Assembly: GCA_038131655.1 (NCBI GenBank)
Contig: JAYPPT010000001.1
Location: forward strand, 153,447-217,446
Source of the DNA: Alphaproteobacteria bacterium
Lineage (GTDB): Bacteria; Pseudomonadota; Alphaproteobacteria; SMXQ01
Direction of reading: 5' to 3'
Length of the DNA stretch: 64,000 nucleotides
Positions 1 through 9,886 of the stretch are shown here, piece after piece; the first letter of the stretch is position 1, and each line of letters opens with the position of its first letter. Position numbers and translations under genes: made by a program. The notes beneath the pieces are model-generated. The model had not been told where the DNA came from, searched no databases, and saw only the letters and a program-made list of their open reading frames with translations.

Positions 1-57
1 CTGGAAGATGTGTTCAGGGCCGTGACCACCACCAGCGCGGCGGGAGGCGGCCGATGA
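1..57 (+). CDS. ABC transporter ATP-binding protein, 3' terminal fragment (gene starts upstream of window)
   Basis: In-frame ...LEDVFRAVTTTSAAGGGR* ending at 57; stop overlaps ATG (ATGA) of the downstream ABC-2 permease, typical ATPase-permease coupling. Confidence 0.4.
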   Translation: MEDVFRAVTTTSAAGGGR

Positions 58-788
58 GCACAACCCTGAAACTTTTCCGGCGCGAACTGGCGAGCTATTT
101 CGTCACCCCCGTCGCTTACGTCTTTATCGTCATCTTCCTGGCGCTGCTGGGCGCGATGACCTTCTTCCTCGGTGGCTTTTTCGGACGCGGCGAGGCCGAC
201 CTGGCGCCGTTTTTCGCCTTTCATCCGTGGCTTTACCTGCTGCTGGTCCCGGCGATTTCGATGCGCCTGTGGTCCGATGAACGCAAGGCCGGCACCATCG
301 AAATGCTGCTAACACTGCCGATTTCGCCGACCCAGGCCGTGGTGGCAAAATTCTTCGCCGCCTGGGCCTTCGCCGCCATCGCGCTGGCGCTGACCTTCCC
401 GTTCTGGCTGACGGTCAACTACCTGGGCAGTCCCGACAACGGCGTGATCGTGGCGGGATACCTCGGCAGCCTGATCATGGCGGGCGCTTACCTTGCCATC
501 GGATCGTGTTTTTCCACCGCGTCGAAGAACCAGGTCATCGCTTTCGTTCTGGCGGTCCTCGTCAGCCTGATCTTCACCGTGGCGGGAACGCCATTGGTAC
601 TTGAATTCGTATCGGGCTGGGCGCCGCGCGCGGTGATGGACGTCATCGCCGGATTGAGCTTCATCGCCAACTTCGAGGCGATTTCAAAAGGCGTTCTGGA
701 CTTCGCCAACCTGTTTTATTTCATCTCGGTGATCGCGCTGTTCCTGTTCATCAACGTGGTTCTCGTCAACGTACTGAAGGCCCGGTAG
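54..788 (+). CDS. ABC-2 family transporter permease (GldF-like)
   Basis: 244 aa, 6 hydrophobic segments, directly followed by GldG-like gene; high GC3 codon usage. Confidence 0.8.
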   Translation: MSTTLKLFRRELASYFVTPVAYVFIVIFLALLGAMTFFLGGFFGRGEADLAPFFAFHPWLYLLLVPAISMRLWSDERKAGTIEMLLTLPISPTQAVVAKFFAAWAFAAIALALTFPFWLTVNYLGSPDNGVIVAGYLGSLIMAGAYLAIGSCFSTASKNQVIAFVLAVLVSLIFTVAGTPLVLEFVSGWAPRAVMDVIAGLSFIANFEAISKGVLDFANLFYFISVIALFLFINVVLVNVLKAR

Positions 789-798
789 GAGACCCAGG

Positions 799-2847
799 AT
801 GGCTGGCAATAACTTCACGAAACTTTTCGCGGGCCACCGTTCCCTTGCTGTCTGGGCCGTGGTCCTGGCGGTGGTCCTGTTCATCTCGGTCAATGTCATC
901 GCCCGCGGCACGCTGATCGGCGCGCGGCTGGACCTGACGGCGGACAAGCTCTTCACCCTGTCGCCCGGCACCCACAAGGTATTGGGCCAGATCGACGAGC
1001 CGGTGACGTTGCGCTTCTATTTCTCGTCGGCGCTGGGCAAGCAGCTTCCGGCGCTGGGCAAGTACGCCGTGCGCGTGCGCGACATGCTGAAGGAATATGT
1101 CGCCAATGCCGGCGGCAAGATCCGGCTGCTGGAAATCGATCCGGTGTCCTTCTCCGACGCCGAGGACGAAGCCGTGGCGGCGGGCTTGCAGGGGCTGCCG
1201 CTCGATCGCACCGGAGAAAAAGTCTACTTCGGCCTTGCCGGCACCAACTCCACCGACGAGCGCGAAATCATCCCGTTCTTTTCCCCCGACCGCGAAGCCT
1301 TCCTCGAATACGACCTGACCAAGACCGTCTACCGGCTGGCCAATCCCGACCGCAAGGTGGTGGGGCTGATGAGCTGGCTGCCAGTGCGCGGTTTCCCCGG
1401 CTCGATGATGGCGCGCATGTCGGCCATGGGCCAGCCGTGGCAGCTTCCGGCGCAACTCCAGCAATTGTTCACGGTGGAAGATGTCTCTTACGAGGCGGCT
1501 GAAATCCCCGCCAACGTCGATGTCCTGATGGTGATCCACCCGGCAAAGCCGTCGCCGCGCGCGCTTTATGCCATCGATCAGTTCCTGATGCGCGGCGGAC
1601 GCGCCCTGATCTTCGTCGACCCGCTGGCGGAAATCGCCCAGCGCGTGCCCGGCCCAAGCGGCAAGTTTGTCGACGCCACGTCAAACCTGAAGCCGATCTT
1701 CGATAACTGGGGCCTGCAATACGACCCCACCAAGGTGTCGGGCGACATGGTCGCGGCCTACCGGATCAACGCGGGCAGCGAATCGCGCCCGCAACCGCTG
1801 GAATACCCGGCGTGGCTGCGGCTCGACAAATCCAACGTGGTGGGCAACGACCTGATCACCACCGAAATCGACAACATGATCATGGCAACCGCCGGTGCGC
1901 TCAGCATGAAGGCGGGCAGCGGGATGAGCTTCACGCCGCTGGTGGCGACGTCGGAACAGTCCATGCTGCTTGAGGCTGAAAAGCTGAAGGGCGGGCGTCC
2001 CGATTTCCTGTCCATCGTGCGCGACTTCAAGCCCTCGGGCCGTCGCCTGACCCTGGCGGCGCGCATTTCGGGCCCGTCGAAAACCGCCTTCCCCGACGGG
2101 CCGCCGCCGGTGGCGGAGTACCTGAAGGAAGATCCCGAAGCCAAGCGCAAGAAGCAGCTTGAAGACGACCCGATGCCGCTGAAGAAAACGGACGCGGAAA
2201 AGCGCAAGGAAGCGGAAGACCTGCGCGCCCGCCTGGTCAAGGCGCACCGCGCCACCGCCGCCCAGCCGCTGCATGCAGTCGTCGTCGCCGATGCGGACAT
2301 GCTCCAGGACCGCTTCTGGGTGCAGGCGCAAAACCTGTTCGGCCAGACCATCTCCGTGCCGGTATCGGACAACATGAACCTGGCGACCAACGCCATCGAC
2401 AACCTGACCGGTTCCAACGAACTGATCGGCCTGCGTTCGCGCGGTGTTTCGCGGCGGCCATTCACGCTGGTCGAGGATCTGACCCGCAAGGCCGAGCTGA
2501 ACCTGCGCGCCAAGGAACGCGAGCTGCAAAAGCAGCGCGAGGAAACCGAGCGCAAGCTCAGCGAGCTTCAGACCCCCGGCCGCGGCCAGCAGGCGGGCGA
2601 CCGCACCATCCTGAGTCCGGCGCAGCTCAAGGAAATCGAGAAGTTCAAGGCCGAGCTGCTGGGCATCCGCAAGCAGTTGCGCGCCGTTCAGTTGGGCCTG
2701 CGCCGCGATATCGAAGTCCTGGAAGGCCGCTTGTGGCTGTTCAACATCGGCATGATTCCATTACTGGTGGCCTTTGTCGCCGTGGGGCTCGGCCTCGCAC
2801 GCATGCGCCGGCGCCGCCAGCGCATGGAATCGGAAGCGCGGGGATAA
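799..2847 (+). CDS. GldG-like ABC-transporter auxiliary protein (ABC-type uncharacterized transport system component)
   Basis: 682 aa, N-terminal TM anchor, C-terminal coiled-coil (KERELQKQREETERKL) and terminal TM; canonical partner of ABC-2 permease. Confidence 0.75.
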   Translation: MAGNNFTKLFAGHRSLAVWAVVLAVVLFISVNVIARGTLIGARLDLTADKLFTLSPGTHKVLGQIDEPVTLRFYFSSALGKQLPALGKYAVRVRDMLKEYVANAGGKIRLLEIDPVSFSDAEDEAVAAGLQGLPLDRTGEKVYFGLAGTNSTDEREIIPFFSPDREAFLEYDLTKTVYRLANPDRKVVGLMSWLPVRGFPGSMMARMSAMGQPWQLPAQLQQLFTVEDVSYEAAEIPANVDVLMVIHPAKPSPRALYAIDQFLMRGGRALIFVDPLAEIAQRVPGPSGKFVDATSNLKPIFDNWGLQYDPTKVSGDMVAAYRINAGSESRPQPLEYPAWLRLDKSNVVGNDLITTEIDNMIMATAGALSMKAGSGMSFTPLVATSEQSMLLEAEKLKGGRPDFLSIVRDFKPSGRRLTLAARISGPSKTAFPDGPPPVAEYLKEDPEAKRKKQLEDDPMPLKKTDAEKRKEAEDLRARLVKAHRATAAQPLHAVVVADADMLQDRFWVQAQNLFGQTISVPVSDNMNLATNAIDNLTGSNELIGLRSRGVSRRPFTLVEDLTRKAELNLRAKERELQKQREETERKLSELQTPGRGQQAGDRTILSPAQLKEIEKFKAELLGIRKQLRAVQLGLRRDIEVLEGRLWLFNIGMIPLLVAFVAVGLGLARMRRRRQRMESEARG

Positions 2848-2850
2848 GCC

Positions 2851-3954
2851 ATGTCGCCAAAATCATTCGCCATTCTTTTCGCCATTACCCTGATCGCGGT
2901 TCTGGCCGCTGTCGGCATAACCGTGACCCGCGACACCGGTTCCGGCGTGCGCGGCGACGGCACCTTGATGTTTGAAGGCCTGATTGCACGGGTCAACGAC
3001 GTCGCCACCCTGAAAGTGACCCGGGGCGGCGAGGTTTCGACCATCGAAAGCACGCTCAAGGACGGCGCGCGCCAGTGGTATCTCAAGGAAAAGAACGGCT
3101 ACCCGGTCCCGGTCGAGATCGTCCGCGCCGTTGCCGCCGGTGTCGCGCAGTTGCGCGCGGTGGAAGCCAAGACCGCGCGGCCGGCACTTTATGGCCGTCT
3201 CAAGGTCGGCGATCCGACCAAGAAAAATTCCAAGGGTGCCCTGGTCGAATTGTTCGATGCCAAGGGCGCGAAAATGGCCGCGATCATTTCCGGGCTCGAC
3301 AAGTCGGGCTACTTCGACATCGGCGACGTTTACGTGCGCCGCCCCGACGAAGACCGGGCCTGGCTGGCGCGGGGCAAGGTGCCGGTGCCCGACAAGCAGG
3401 TCGGCTGGCTCAACCAGATGATCGTCGAGGTGGATTTGCCGCGGGTGCGTGAAACCACGCTCAATGTTCCCGGCCAGAAGCCGTTGCGCGTCTTCAAGAA
3501 GACCGATGATGACCGCGACTTCACCCTGGAAGGCATGCCCAAGGGCTATGAGCTGAAGGAATTGTTCGGCGCCGAGGATATTTCCCGCGCCATCCAGCAG
3601 CTATCGTTCGAGGACGTGAAACCCCTGTCCGAGATCGGCATCGATCTCTCCGCGACGCCGCGGGCACACCACGTCACCTTCGACGGCCTGATTGTCGATG
3701 TCTGGGCCAAGGACGTGGGTGGCAAGCTGTGGGTCGCGGTCAAGGCCCAGGCCGACCCCGCGCCCAAGGCCCCCAAGAAAGTGGACAAGGCCAAGGTGGA
3801 AAAGGATATCGCCAAGATCAACGGCACCACCCATGGCTGGGCCTATACGCTGAACGCGTTCGAGACCAAGAACCTGCGCAAGACCATGGCCGGCATGATC
3901 CAGCCCGTGGGCGGCGCAACCAAGGCGTCGGATACCAAGCAGCCGAAGAAGTAG
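2851..3954 (+). CDS. DUF4340 domain protein
   Basis: 367 aa, N-terminal TM, gene order permease-GldG-DUF4340 is a conserved triad. Confidence 0.65.
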   Translation: MSPKSFAILFAITLIAVLAAVGITVTRDTGSGVRGDGTLMFEGLIARVNDVATLKVTRGGEVSTIESTLKDGARQWYLKEKNGYPVPVEIVRAVAAGVAQLRAVEAKTARPALYGRLKVGDPTKKNSKGALVELFDAKGAKMAAIISGLDKSGYFDIGDVYVRRPDEDRAWLARGKVPVPDKQVGWLNQMIVEVDLPRVRETTLNVPGQKPLRVFKKTDDDRDFTLEGMPKGYELKELFGAEDISRAIQQLSFEDVKPLSEIGIDLSATPRAHHVTFDGLIVDVWAKDVGGKLWVAVKAQADPAPKAPKKVDKAKVEKDIAKINGTTHGWAYTLNAFETKNLRKTMAGMIQPVGGATKASDTKQPKK

Positions 3955-3965
3955 CCTTCGGCCGG

Positions 3966-4700
3966 TCAGTCTCTCTCGTTGAAGTAGCGCAGTTTTTCGG
4001 ACGAAAAGCGCACGCGGCGCGATTCCACCGGCTGGCCGTCGACGCTGAAGCTAACGCGGTTCAGGGCCAGCATCGGGCTGCCCTGGGCCACACCCAACTC
4101 GGCCTCATCTACCGCGCTGGCGGGCACCGCCTCCAGCCACTCCCGCGCCTTGACGACCAGGATGCCGAATTCGCGCTCCATGATGACGTAGGTGTTCATG
4201 CGATCGGAATTGCGCATCAGTTCCGGCAGGCCCTCGAAGCGCGCGCTTTCGACCGATATACGCTCGATCAGGGCCGGGCGGCCATCCACCGGGCGAACCC
4301 GGAAAATTCGATAAACCCGGTCATCGGCCTTGAGCTTGAGGTCATTGCGTTCACGGTCATTGGGCACGCATTCCGACCAGTCGAAAGCTATCGGCGCGCC
4401 GGCAACGACGGGCTCACCTTCCAGGGTCACGATGGAGAAAAAATGCACCGGGCTGCCCGACGCCCGGGCGGCGACGAAGGTGCCCTTGCCCTGATGGCGC
4501 ACCACCAGGTGATCGGCCACCATTTCTTCCAGAGCCTTGCGTACGGTGCCCTGGCTGACGTGGTACTCGACGGCGAGCTTCATCTCGCTCGGCAACAGCT
4601 CTCCCGGCTTCCAGTCGCCCGAAACGACGCGCTGGATCATCAGTTCCTTCACCTGTTGGTACAGAGGGTGAAATCCTGGCCCGTGGCTGGATTCGGACAT
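3966..4700 (-). CDS. GntR family transcriptional regulator (HutC subfamily, HTH + UTRA effector domain)
   Basis: N-terminal PLYQQVKELMIQRVVSGDWKPGELLPSEMKLAVEYHVSQGTVRKALEEM winged-helix signature; RBS GGAGAC before ATG at 4700. Confidence 0.85.
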   Translation of the reverse strand: MSESSHGPGFHPLYQQVKELMIQRVVSGDWKPGELLPSEMKLAVEYHVSQGTVRKALEEMVADHLVVRHQGKGTFVAARASGSPVHFFSIVTLEGEPVVAGAPIAFDWSECVPNDRERNDLKLKADDRVYRIFRVRPVDGRPALIERISVESARFEGLPELMRNSDRMNTYVIMEREFGILVVKAREWLEAVPASAVDEAELGVAQGSPMLALNRVSFSVDGQPVESRRVRFSSEKLRYFNERD

Positions 4701-6047
4701 GGTCTCCGACGCGACAATCCGTCACCGTTAGGCGATCTCCCCGAACCGCCCGTGCAATCTTTATTCATCTGATTTTGGATGATTATAGCGAGGCTCGCCC
4801 GCAACGCGCAATATGCCCGGGATGCGAAGTGCCGAAAAGGGCCCCAGGGCGCGGCTTTGCACAAAAGGCGCGATGCCTCGCGCGCCGCCGCCGAGGGCCA
4901 CGCGATTTCGCAAATCATCCCCGGCCTGAGGCGTTCCAGCGCCGCGGCGCCATCGGCGGCGGCGCCACGAATACGCAAATCCGTTTCGTCCGGATCGACC
5001 AGAAGTTCATGGGACTTGCCGTCGAGACCGAGATAGCGGACGCGGCGGCATTCATCGGCAAGGGCCGTGATCTTGCCCCGTGTTTCGACCATCGGCGGTT
5101 CCGCCGCCAGGGAGCCCGCGACCCGAGCTTCCGCGTCCCACCATTGCCGCACAGCGCCCATCAAGCTCGCATGATCCAGGGTCTCGACCCCCAGCCGGTG
5201 CAGCCCGAGGGAAGCCAGAAGACGGCGGTGATCTTCGCTGGCGACCGCGGCCGCAAAGGACCGCTTCAGCATCTCGAAACGTTCGGGGAAATCGCGGCGC
5301 AGGCGCGCATGAACGGTGATGATATTGACCCGGCCCGCCGGAACCGCAACGGCGCCGAATGCCCGATCGAACAGGGGATGAGCGGGGGGACGCGTCCCCA
5401 AAGCGGGCAATTCCGCCAGCACCTGGACATCGTCCCTGTTGCGCGCCAGGTCCGAAGCGTGGCCCAGGGCAAGCGCCAGGCTACCCCCGGTCACCGCCGC
5501 CACCAGGCTGGCGCCGCTACCCACGGGCTGGACCCTGAAACGAAGCCCCGCCTGGCGCGCCAGGTCATGGAGGGCCAGAGTCTCGAGCGTGCGCCAATGG
5601 CCGACGCCGATCTTTTGTTCGCGCGTCCGCACCGCCTTCGACACGGCCTCCAGGGTGGCGTCCCGCGAATCCTCGGCGGCAAACAGGAACACCGGGTCCA
5701 GGGCAAACACGCCGAGGTGTTCGAACGTCCGCGCCCACAGCCAACCCGGCCGATGACGGGCGTATTCAATCGCCAACCGGCCGAGGTCGGCGGCCAGCAC
5801 CACGGTGCCATCACGGGGGGTACGGTCAAACGCATCCGCGGCCTGCATCATCCGGCCCCGCCCTTGCGCGGCGACGACGACCGGCGCCAGCAGCTTGAGG
5901 CTCCATACCCGCGCGAGGCCGCGAACCAGCCGCCCCTCGAAGCCCTCGGCGCTTTGGCCGAGCAGGATGGTCACCCGCGCGGGCTTCCACGCCGCTTCGG
6001 CGCGGGCGCCCGGCAAAAAGGCGCCGCCGAGCGCAAGGGCAAGGGTC
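4649..6047 (-). CDS. TctC/Bug family tripartite tricarboxylate transporter substrate-binding protein, with anomalous ~145-aa C-terminal extension (3' end uncertain)
   Basis: Signal peptide MTLALALGGAFLPGARA, TctC-like core (VTILLGQSAEGF..., ~319 aa). The ORF then continues with no stop through an AT-rich promoter-like region and 52 bp into the GntR gene; start chosen at the Met preceding the signal peptide. Confidence 0.55.
4782..4811 (-). promoter_or_regulatory. putative sigma70-type promoter of the GntR gene (-10 TATAAT at 4782-4787, -35 TTGCGC at 4806-4811, minus strand)
   Basis: Perfect TATAAT in AT-rich stretch ~75 nt upstream of GntR start; 18-nt spacer to TTGCGC. Confidence 0.35.
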
Positions 6048-6148
6048 ATAACGGCAACGGCATCATCATGTATGCAGGACGGGGCACGATCCCCGGCGGC
6101 GATCATGACGCCATTCCCCTGCCATTCCCTTACCGGGCGGCGGCAAAC

Positions 6149-7423
6149 TCAGTCCGAAGAGAGGCGCCGCGCCGCAACCGAGGGCGCATCCCCCCGGTCG
6201 CGCTCAAGCTCCGCCGCCATCGGCCCCTGGCGGGTGCGCGCCCAGAGCCACAGCACCATGCACAGCACGGCACCCACCGCGACCGGCGTGGGCAGCCCGA
6301 AGATTTCCGACAGCCAGCCCATGATCAGCGCGCCCAGCGCCGGGCCACCGCGGGCCACGACGCCGTAAATGCCCATGACGCGCCCGCGCATGTCGGCCTG
6401 CACCGAGGTCTGCAAAAGGGTCTGGATGGCGACCCCCTGGACAACGAAGGCAAGGCCGGTGATGAACATGATCGGCAGCGCCACCCAGTAAACCCGCACG
6501 GTGGTGAAGATGATCAGGGATACCGCCAGCAGGATCAGGCTCCAGACCATCAGGCGCACGAAGCCGGCGACGCCGCCCCGGCTGGCGAGGAAATAGCCGC
6601 CCAGCATGGCGCCGATGCCGTGGATGGTCAGCATCGTCGAATACGCATCGACCCCCCGGCCGAAGACCTTGTCGGCAAAGCCCGGCAACAGGTCGATGAA
6701 AGGGCGCACGAACAGACTGTCGAGCAGCATGACGATCAGCAGGAACAGGATCCCCGCCTGGCCATAGGCATAGCGCACGCCATCCCAGGATTCGCGCAAC
6801 AGGCCGCCGCGCTTCTTGCCCTCGATCTTGGTGGAGGGAATGCGGATCAGCATCAGCATGACCAGGAACACGAGGTAGCTGAACGCGTTGTAGGTAAAGG
6901 CCCAGCCCACGCCCCAGGCCGCCGTCAGCGCGCCGCCGAGGGCGGGACCGACAAAACGCGACGAATTGAACACCATCGAGTTGATGGCAATGGCCGACGA
7001 CAGGTGTTCACGCCCGCAGATGTAATAGACCGTGGTCATGCGCGCGGGGCGGTTGAAGGCAACGATAATGCCGCGCAACAGGGCGAAGAACAGGAGCCAC
7101 CACACCGTAACGTGACCGGTGAAGACCACCAATGTCAGCCCCGCCGCCTGCGCGAGAGAGAGCATTTGCGTGGTCTTGAGCACACGCATGGAATCGGTGC
7201 GGTCCACCAGGGCGCCCGCGAACAGCCCGATCAGAAACGTCGGGAACAGGTCGGCGAAGGCCATCATCCCGAGCCAGGCGGCGGAGTTGGTCAGGTCCCA
7301 GGTCAGCCAGCCCATCGCCACGCGCTGCACCCAGTTGCCCGATGTCGAGAAAAGGTTGCCGGTGACGTAGTAACGGTAATTGCGATTAGCAAAAACCTCG
7401 CGGATGATCGCAAGCCCGCTCAT
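6149..7423 (-). CDS. MFS transporter
   Basis: 12 predicted TM segments, MFS-like N-terminus (LFSTSGNWVQRVAMGWLTWDLT); start at MSGLAIIRE with GGAG RBS. Confidence 0.85.
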   Translation of the reverse strand: MSGLAIIREVFANRNYRYYVTGNLFSTSGNWVQRVAMGWLTWDLTNSAAWLGMMAFADLFPTFLIGLFAGALVDRTDSMRVLKTTQMLSLAQAAGLTLVVFTGHVTVWWLLFFALLRGIIVAFNRPARMTTVYYICGREHLSSAIAINSMVFNSSRFVGPALGGALTAAWGVGWAFTYNAFSYLVFLVMLMLIRIPSTKIEGKKRGGLLRESWDGVRYAYGQAGILFLLIVMLLDSLFVRPFIDLLPGFADKVFGRGVDAYSTMLTIHGIGAMLGGYFLASRGGVAGFVRLMVWSLILLAVSLIIFTTVRVYWVALPIMFITGLAFVVQGVAIQTLLQTSVQADMRGRVMGIYGVVARGGPALGALIMGWLSEIFGLPTPVAVGAVLCMVLWLWARTRQGPMAAELERDRGDAPSVAARRLSSD

Positions 7424-7480
7424 GGGGCAAAGTCTCCAAAAGAAAAGTGCGTACGGGGAAAAGCACACACGCGAAAGAAA

Positions 7481-8580
7481 TCAGGGCGAAGGACGGAAAC
7501 CCGCTTCGTAAAGCGCCGACAAATCGGTGCCCAGCCATTCGGTCGGAATCTGGCGATTGGTGCCTTCCGCCATGACCCGATCATAAACGATCCGTCCGGC
7601 GGCGGCGAACTGAATGGCGAGGCCGGAATTATTCTTGTAATAGACCACGCCTTCGCCACCGGCGCGCACAGGGGTCTTGCCGGTGACCACGTCACCCAGC
7701 TCGACGATCCGGTCACGATTGACCAGGCCCGCCGCCATCGGCTCCAGCAATTCCGTCTGGTCATTGGCGATAACGCTTTCCCAGTCATTGACGACGATAT
7801 GACTGGAACGCCGATAGGTTTCCTCGTCCACCTCGGTCCGTTTCTTGTTGGTGGAATCGGAATTGGCAATGGAAATCACGAGCTGGCCATCGCTCAGCAA
7901 GTGACCGTCGAAAACCGGTTCCATCGCCGTGGTGCAGCAACAGACCACGTCCATGCCCTTGACGGCCATTTCCGAATTGGGCGCATCGACGATCTCCATG
8001 CGGCCGCCCGACTGGGCGCGCTTGCGGGCGACGAAATCGGCCCGGTGCTCCGCCGACGGGCTGTGCACGACGACACGATCGAAATCGCGCACCGCCGTGA
8101 TCGCGTCAAACGCCGACGACGCCTGCTTGCCGGTGCCGAACAGGCCGAGGGTCTTGACCCCTTCGGGCGCCATGTGATCGACCGCCATGCCGGACGTCGC
8201 GCCCACGCGCATTCCCGAAAGCTGGAATTCATGCATCAGCGCCAGGGGCTCGGCGGTTTCGATATCGAACAGGATGACGATGCCCCAGCAAAAGGGGCGC
8301 GGATTTTCGTAAAGCCGGCGGTTGTTGGTGGGTGACGGCGGCGTGATGATCTGCGAGCCGGCACGCACGCAAGCCATGCCCGCCGACGGCACCGCGCCGA
8401 CATGGACGTTGGCGAAGTAGCGTTGTTCCGGGTTGGGGTGACGCGCCTGGTAGCGCGCGCGGGGAAGATTAACGGCATCGCCGGAAGAAAAATCGCGGAA
8501 CGCGGTCTCCATCGACTTGATGCAATCGGTCATGGACAAGTGTCGTTCAACATCCTCGTCAGTAATGATCACGGTCATTT
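7481..8580 (-). CDS. ornithine cyclodeaminase / mu-crystallin family protein
   Basis: 366 aa, Rossmann motif GLFGTGKQA, OCD-family length and layout; start MTVIITDEDV with GGAAGGGGA RBS. Confidence 0.85.
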
Positions 8581-8682
8581 TGCACGTCCCCTTCCCCGTC
8601 CTTGTCGTTACATCCCGGCTTCTTGCGAATACCGCCATTGGGCCGGGTTTTACAAATTAATGTTGACAAATAAAACGATATA

Positions 8683-8717
8683 TTGTGGCGTAAGCACTTG
8701 GACCCACAATTTGTGGG
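8683..8717. promoter_or_regulatory. operator-like repeats: TTGTGG (8683-8688) and a perfect 15-bp palindrome CCCACAA-T-TTGTGGG (8703-8717), in an AT-rich divergent promoter region
   Basis: Exact inverted repeat read directly; sits between the OCD-MFS-TctC-GntR operon start and a small + strand ORF; a TTGACA -35-like hexamer at 8663-8668. Confidence 0.35.
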
Positions 8718-8825
8718 GCCGAATGGGTGGTCCGTAATTGTCATCTTCCACCCCCAAGGCCGCCAGGGGCCACCCAGCAACGATAATGGCGGCTTAGGTG
8801 GAGGATACACGAAGGAGGGGGATGG

Positions 8826-9059
8826 ATGACATTCCTTGACAAGGTAAAGGGCTGGCTCGCGCAAATCGTCGAGGTTGGCCTTCTTTTGGTCGCTCTTGGT
8901 ATCGTGGTCCAGGTCCTGATCGGACCGAAGGTCGCGTTCATCGGCGATGTGGTCGCCAATTTGCTGGCATTAATCAAGGCGCTGGGCGACAGCGGGTTGG
9001 TTGGCCTGATTGCGATCGCGATCATCATGTGGCTCTTCTCCAAGAGAAGCCCAGGCTGA
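8826..9059 (+). CDS. small hydrophobic protein (77 aa, two predicted TM helices), unknown function
   Basis: Strong RBS GAAGGAGGGGG 5 nt before ATG; lower GC (~55%) than neighbours; followed by a GC-rich hairpin. Confidence 0.5.
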   Translation: MTFLDKVKGWLAQIVEVGLLLVALGIVVQVLIGPKVAFIGDVVANLLALIKALGDSGLVGLIAIAIIMWLFSKRSPG

Positions 9060-9101
9060 TTCGTTCCTTCGTAAAAAAAGCAGGTAGCGCGCATAACGTC
9101 T

Positions 9102-9126
9102 GGGGCCGGGGATCTTCCCGGCCCCA
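9102..9126. terminator. bidirectional rho-independent terminator candidate (GGGGCCGGG-gatcttc-CCCGGCCCC)
   Basis: Perfect 9-bp GC stem between convergent genes (small ORF + / AMDase-like -), A-tract upstream and T-rich downstream. Confidence 0.4.
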
Positions 9127-9141
9127 ACTCTTTCTCACCGG

Positions 9142-9867
9142 CTAGAAGTCCCGCAACAACCGGCCGTAACCCTCGATCTTGTCGTTCACGCCGCAGCGGC
9201 GCAGGGTCTGCCAGACGATCGACTGCAAGGGCTGAACCACGGTGACGCCCAGCTCCTTTTCCAGCATGTCGATGGCACCGATCATCGCGTAATGCGGGCA
9301 GGAATAATAAATCACGTCGATATCGGGATACTTTTCCTTGAGCTCGCGGCCCAGTTCCACCGCGCGCTCCTCGGGCACCTGGCCCAACTCGACGAACTTG
9401 GCGTAGTGGCGCGCGCAGCCCGCCGCTTCCAGCCCGAACTCGCGGATATATTCAAGGTGCCGTTCATCGTGGCTTTCATCGTAAGGATGCACGACGGCCG
9501 CCTTCTTGCCGCCCAGCACCTTGAAGGCCTCGCGCTGGGCGCTGAACGACGTGGTGATGGGAACGCCGACCTCTTTCTCGGTCTCCGCGATCAGGTCATC
9601 GACATTGGCGAAGCCCCGGCTGACGTTGATCGGCAGGCCGCCGAAGCAAAGAATATCCACCCCCGCCCGCGCCATGACATGGGCGGCGCGCAGGCTCGCT
9701 TCATAGGAGCGGTCCACTTCCTCGCTGTTGCGTTCGACCAGCGGCAGGGTATGAACCACCAGGGTCACGCCATCGGGAACGATCTTGTAGAATTCATAGG
9801 GGAATACTTCCGTTGCCGCCGGGGGCGAGGTGTAGCCGATGCGCGCGCGATGGCCGTAGATAGGCAT
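9142..9867 (-). CDS. arylmalonate decarboxylase / maleate cis-trans isomerase-like protein (Asp/Glu/hydantoin racemase superfamily), paralog 1
   Basis: 241 aa; N-terminal HRARIGYTSPP, catalytic-position Cys in YYSCPHY, C-terminal IEGYGRLLRDF resembling the GYGRLF end of AMDase/maleate isomerase; RBS AAGGAAGGAAG. Confidence 0.75.
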   Translation of the reverse strand: MPIYGHRARIGYTSPPAATEVFPYEFYKIVPDGVTLVVHTLPLVERNSEEVDRSYEASLRAAHVMARAGVDILCFGGLPINVSRGFANVDDLIAETEKEVGVPITTSFSAQREAFKVLGGKKAAVVHPYDESHDERHLEYIREFGLEAAGCARHYAKFVELGQVPEERAVELGRELKEKYPDIDVIYYSCPHYAMIGAIDMLEKELGVTVVQPLQSIVWQTLRRCGVNDKIEGYGRLLRDF

Positions 9868-9886
9868 GGGTCTTCCTTCCTTGGTG

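Noticed and set aside
4775-8335. 1186-aa + strand ORF spanning three minus-strand genes
   Set aside because: Low-complexity Arg/Gly/Ala/Pro-rich translation typical of antisense frames in high-GC DNA. The minus strand carries recognisable TctC, MFS and ornithine cyclodeaminase genes.
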